64,000 nt of DNA from an uncultured Eubacteriales bacterium. Lineage in GTDB: Bacteria; Bacillota; Clostridia; Oscillospirales; CAG-272. The notes beneath the pieces were generated by a model that did no database searches, was not told where the DNA came from, and worked only from the letters and a program-made list of their open reading frames with translations. Position 1 is the stretch's first letter; each line of letters opens with the position of its first letter. The translations under genes were made by a program, and so were the position numbers. Location of the stretch: assembly GCA_934433485.1 (NCBI GenBank), contig CAKRZR010000008.1, forward strand, positions 23,342-87,341, written 5' to 3'. Shown here piece after piece: positions 61,625-64,000 of the stretch.

Positions 61625-63796
61625 ATGAAAATACTGGAAATCCATATGGATCGGTTCGGCATGCTGCGGGATCGCCTGATCCGGTTTGACGGCGGGATCA
61701 ACGTGCTCTCCGGCGAAAATGAAAGCGGCAAGTCGACGGTGCTGTCCTTTATCCGCTACCTGCTGTACGGACTGCCGAAAGCAGGCGGCGCCGTCACAGA
61801 CGCGGATCGCTTCGGCACGGACGGCGATATCGGCGGCTCCATGATATACGTAACGGACAACGGCGAAAAGTACCGGCTTGAGCGGCACACCACCGTGGAC
61901 GGCAGAGATCGCGCGCAGGTCGTAGCGCTCGCCACCGGGGTCGTGACCGCGGATCCGGAGCCGGGCGTGCGGCTGTTCGGCGTGTCGGAAAAGGTCTTTT
62001 CCGGAAGCGCCTTTGTCAGTCAGCCGGAGGGAGTCGGCGTATCCGGGCTGTCCGGCGCAATTGAGAACATCCTCACCGCCGCCGATGTGACCGTGAGCGT
62101 CCAAAAGGCAGCGGACAGGCTCAATCAGGCGCGCCGCACGCTGTCCCCGAAAAAGGGCGACGGCGGAGAGATCGCGCAGAAAAAGGCGACCCTTGCCCGC
62201 CTGGAGGAGGAGCTTGCCGCCTCCCGCGAAAACGTCCGCGCCGTCTGCGATACCGAAGCCGCCCTGCGCGACGCGAAAAAGAAACGGCTCGCCCTGGAGG
62301 AGAAAAAGAACGCGATCGCGGCAAAGCTGTCCGCGTGCGACACGTTTCTGACCGGCAGACGGATCGATCTGCTTGCGGACACCGAGAAAAAGCTCGCCGG
62401 GTACGAAAACGCGCTTGCCGTATTGAACGCACCGCCGTACGCGCATCTCACAGACACCGCCGCGTCTCTTGCCGACCGGTACAGGGCAGCGCAGGACGTA
62501 CCTTCCGCCATAGCGCCCGCACCGAACGGTCCCAGCACGGAAACCGCCGCGGAAGCCTATGAGGAGGGCGAATACTGGGAATCCAAGAGCAAGCTGCACC
62601 TCGCGCTCGGCATCGCCATGGTCATCGCGGGTCTGCTCGGACTTGCGTGCGCCATCGTGATGATCTGGTTCTCGTTCCCGGTCAGTCAGTTCGTCGTGCC
62701 CCTGATCGCCACCGTCGTTTGTCTCGCGCTCGGGATCGTGTTCTACGTCCTGCAGGGCAGAAGCGTACGGCAGCTGAACGCCATCCTGGACGATTGGGCG
62801 ATGGAGACCCTCGACGATCTGGGCGTGCTTGCCGAAACCGAGGGCAAATTCCCGGAGGTCACGCTGCCTGCCGACGACGCGCCTGTCGGGGAAGAAGAAG
62901 CCGCCGTCGCCGGAGAGATCCGCGCGCTTGCCGTGGAATGCGGAATCGCGGACGCGGACAAAGCGGCGGACACCGCCATCGACGCGCTCCTATTGGCGCT
63001 GACGGAAAAAGGACGCAAGGCGGACGCGGATCGCTCCCTCGTCATCGGCAAGGTGGAAAACCTGCGTGGTCGTGTCTCCGTACTGCGGGAACAGGTCGGC
63101 GACGCGGATCGTGCCGCCGTTGCCGCGCGTTGTCGGGAATTATTGCGCACGCCTGCCGGCAAGGAGGCGATCGCTCTGGACGCGGAGGGGCTTAAAAAGC
63201 TGCAGCGGGAGCGCGAGTTTACCGAGAGTGCGTGGACGGCGCAGTACAAGCGGGAAACGGAGCTGGAAAAAGCCTTTGCCGCCCAGAACAACGCGGGTCT
63301 CACACCGCCGGATGTGCTGTCCACGAAGATCTACGCGCTGCGCCATGAGATCGCCGCGCTGGAAACACGTGCCGCCGGGTTCGAGATGGCGTATGACGCG
63401 CTGCGCACTGCCGGGGAATCGCTCCGCGCCGATGTGACGCCGCAGATTACGGAACGCGCGTCCCAGTATATACAGATGGCGACCGGCGGAAAATACAGCG
63501 AGGTGCGTGTGGACCCCACGTTCGCCGTGACCTGTCTGACCGAGCGCGGCACCGTCGCCGTGGACACGCTGTCCGGTGGTACCGCCGCCGCCGCATATAT
63601 CGCCCTGCGCCTCGCCCTCATGGACGTCCTGTTCGCCGGTCATGAGTCCGCCCCCCTTTTCGCCGACGAGGCATTCTCTGCCCTCGACCTCCCCAGACTC
63701 CACGCCGTATACGATATTCTCGCACACTCCGGCAGACAATCCATCCTCTGCACCTGCCGTCCGGACGACGCCGCGGGGAATGTGATCCGGATGTAA
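61625..63796 (+). CDS. YhaN/SbcC-like AAA/SMC-type ATPase with a central transmembrane hairpin
   Basis: Walker A GENESGKST. Long coiled-coil-like Ala/Glu/Lys-rich segments. Two central hydrophobic helices (LALGIAMVIAGLLGLACAIVMIW, VVPLIATVVCLALGIVFYVL). Signature LSGGT. Walker B LFADEAFSALD. Confidence 0.85.
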   Translation: MKILEIHMDRFGMLRDRLIRFDGGINVLSGENESGKSTVLSFIRYLLYGLPKAGGAVTDADRFGTDGDIGGSMIYVTDNGEKYRLERHTTVDGRDRAQVVALATGVVTADPEPGVRLFGVSEKVFSGSAFVSQPEGVGVSGLSGAIENILTAADVTVSVQKAADRLNQARRTLSPKKGDGGEIAQKKATLARLEEELAASRENVRAVCDTEAALRDAKKKRLALEEKKNAIAAKLSACDTFLTGRRIDLLADTEKKLAGYENALAVLNAPPYAHLTDTAASLADRYRAAQDVPSAIAPAPNGPSTETAAEAYEEGEYWESKSKLHLALGIAMVIAGLLGLACAIVMIWFSFPVSQFVVPLIATVVCLALGIVFYVLQGRSVRQLNAILDDWAMETLDDLGVLAETEGKFPEVTLPADDAPVGEEEAAVAGEIRALAVECGIADADKAADTAIDALLLALTEKGRKADADRSLVIGKVENLRGRVSVLREQVGDADRAAVAARCRELLRTPAGKEAIALDAEGLKKLQREREFTESAWTAQYKRETELEKAFAAQNNAGLTPPDVLSTKIYALRHEIAALETRAAGFEMAYDALRTAGESLRADVTPQITERASQYIQMATGGKYSEVRVDPTFAVTCLTERGTVAVDTLSGGTAAAAYIALRLALMDVLFAGHESAPLFADEAFSALDLPRLHAVYDILAHSGRQSILCTCRPDDAAGNVIRM

Positions 63797-63800
63797 CTTG

Positions 63801-64000
63801 TGGGAACGAGGGGAACGGGGGAACGAGGAGAACGCGGCTTTTTGTGAAGATGGAAGAATGCGGTAGCATTCTTCAGGAGAAATCAAAGATTTCTCCCAGC
63901 CTGGCAAAAACTTTTATGAGAAGGATGGATTTGGATTTCGTTTGTGCAAGTCCGACTGCTCACCAAGCTGGTTTCTGTATCGTTTTGAATATCGTCTGTT
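63801..64000 (+). repeat. modular intergenic repeat, copy 12 (runs off the window end)
   Basis: GGGAACGAGGGGAACGGGGGAACGAGGAGAACGCGG flank. GAAGAATGC-GGTA-GCATTCTTC hairpin. GGAGAAATC-AAA-GATTTCTCC (63876-63896). GGCAAAAACTTTTATGAGAAGG box. GGATTTCGTTTGTGCAAGTCCGACTGCTCACCAA core. Confidence 0.9.

Noticed and set aside
60412-63796. Nuclease plus SMC-like ATPase as a phage-defence system (Lamassu/Wadjet/Gabija-like)
   Set aside because: Motifs and gene order fit the housekeeping-type YhaO/YhaN (SbcCD-related) pair. No additional defence-associated genes, mobile-element context or compositional anomaly is present. It is kept only as a low-interest note.
5634-64000. CRISPR array interpretation of the palindromic repeats
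   Set aside because: The copies are kilobases apart and separated by genes. They occur in both orientations and have heterogeneous length. There is no regular repeat-spacer periodicity and no cas genes.

Overview
GC-rich chromosomal segment that looks Clostridia-like (inference from the yybS-gdpP-rplI-dnaB synteny, a T-box leader, a reverse rubrerythrin and LplA-type lipoproteins). I call about 49 protein-coding genes. I saw no rRNA, tRNA, CRISPR array, transposase or integrase.

Gene content:
- Housekeeping block on the minus strand: nifS-like desulfurase, an 818-aa unknown protein, PBP2, nth, yybS-like, gdpP, rplI, dnaB.
- Oxidative-stress operon: Fur/PerR-like regulator, reverse rubrerythrin, rubredoxin.
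- Six paralogous ~500-aa solute-binding lipoproteins. They sit next to AraC or IclR regulators and signal-peptide-less glycosidase-like genes (GH78 rhamnosidase, a clan GH-A-like barrel, a six-hairpin-like protein). No ABC permease or ATPase is present.
- Other genes: glpK plus a lipase-like hydrolase, an ECF sigma/anti-sigma pair, a MATE exporter, a Cd/Zn-type P1B ATPase whose metal-binding domain is a separate ORF, and an SbcD/YhaN-like pair.

Most interesting observations:
1. A very dense family of modular, hairpin-bearing intergenic repeats. There are 12 copies, and some are ~340-410-bp MITE-like composites. Copies sit between rplI and dnaB, between the HMA domain and the ATPase core, and inside other apparent operons.
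2. A complete T-box leader with its own consensus promoter and terminator. The specifier is probably Leu CUC. It lies upstream of an unusual fusion of a xylose-isomerase-like TIM barrel and an acyl-CoA synthetase.
3. A second 77-bp palindromic element present in 3 copies, one of them inside that leader.
4. A 750-bp hairpin-rich intergenic region between the MATE and HMA genes.

Many long ORFs in the six-frame track are antisense artefacts of high GC or read-through of repeats. I rejected these.
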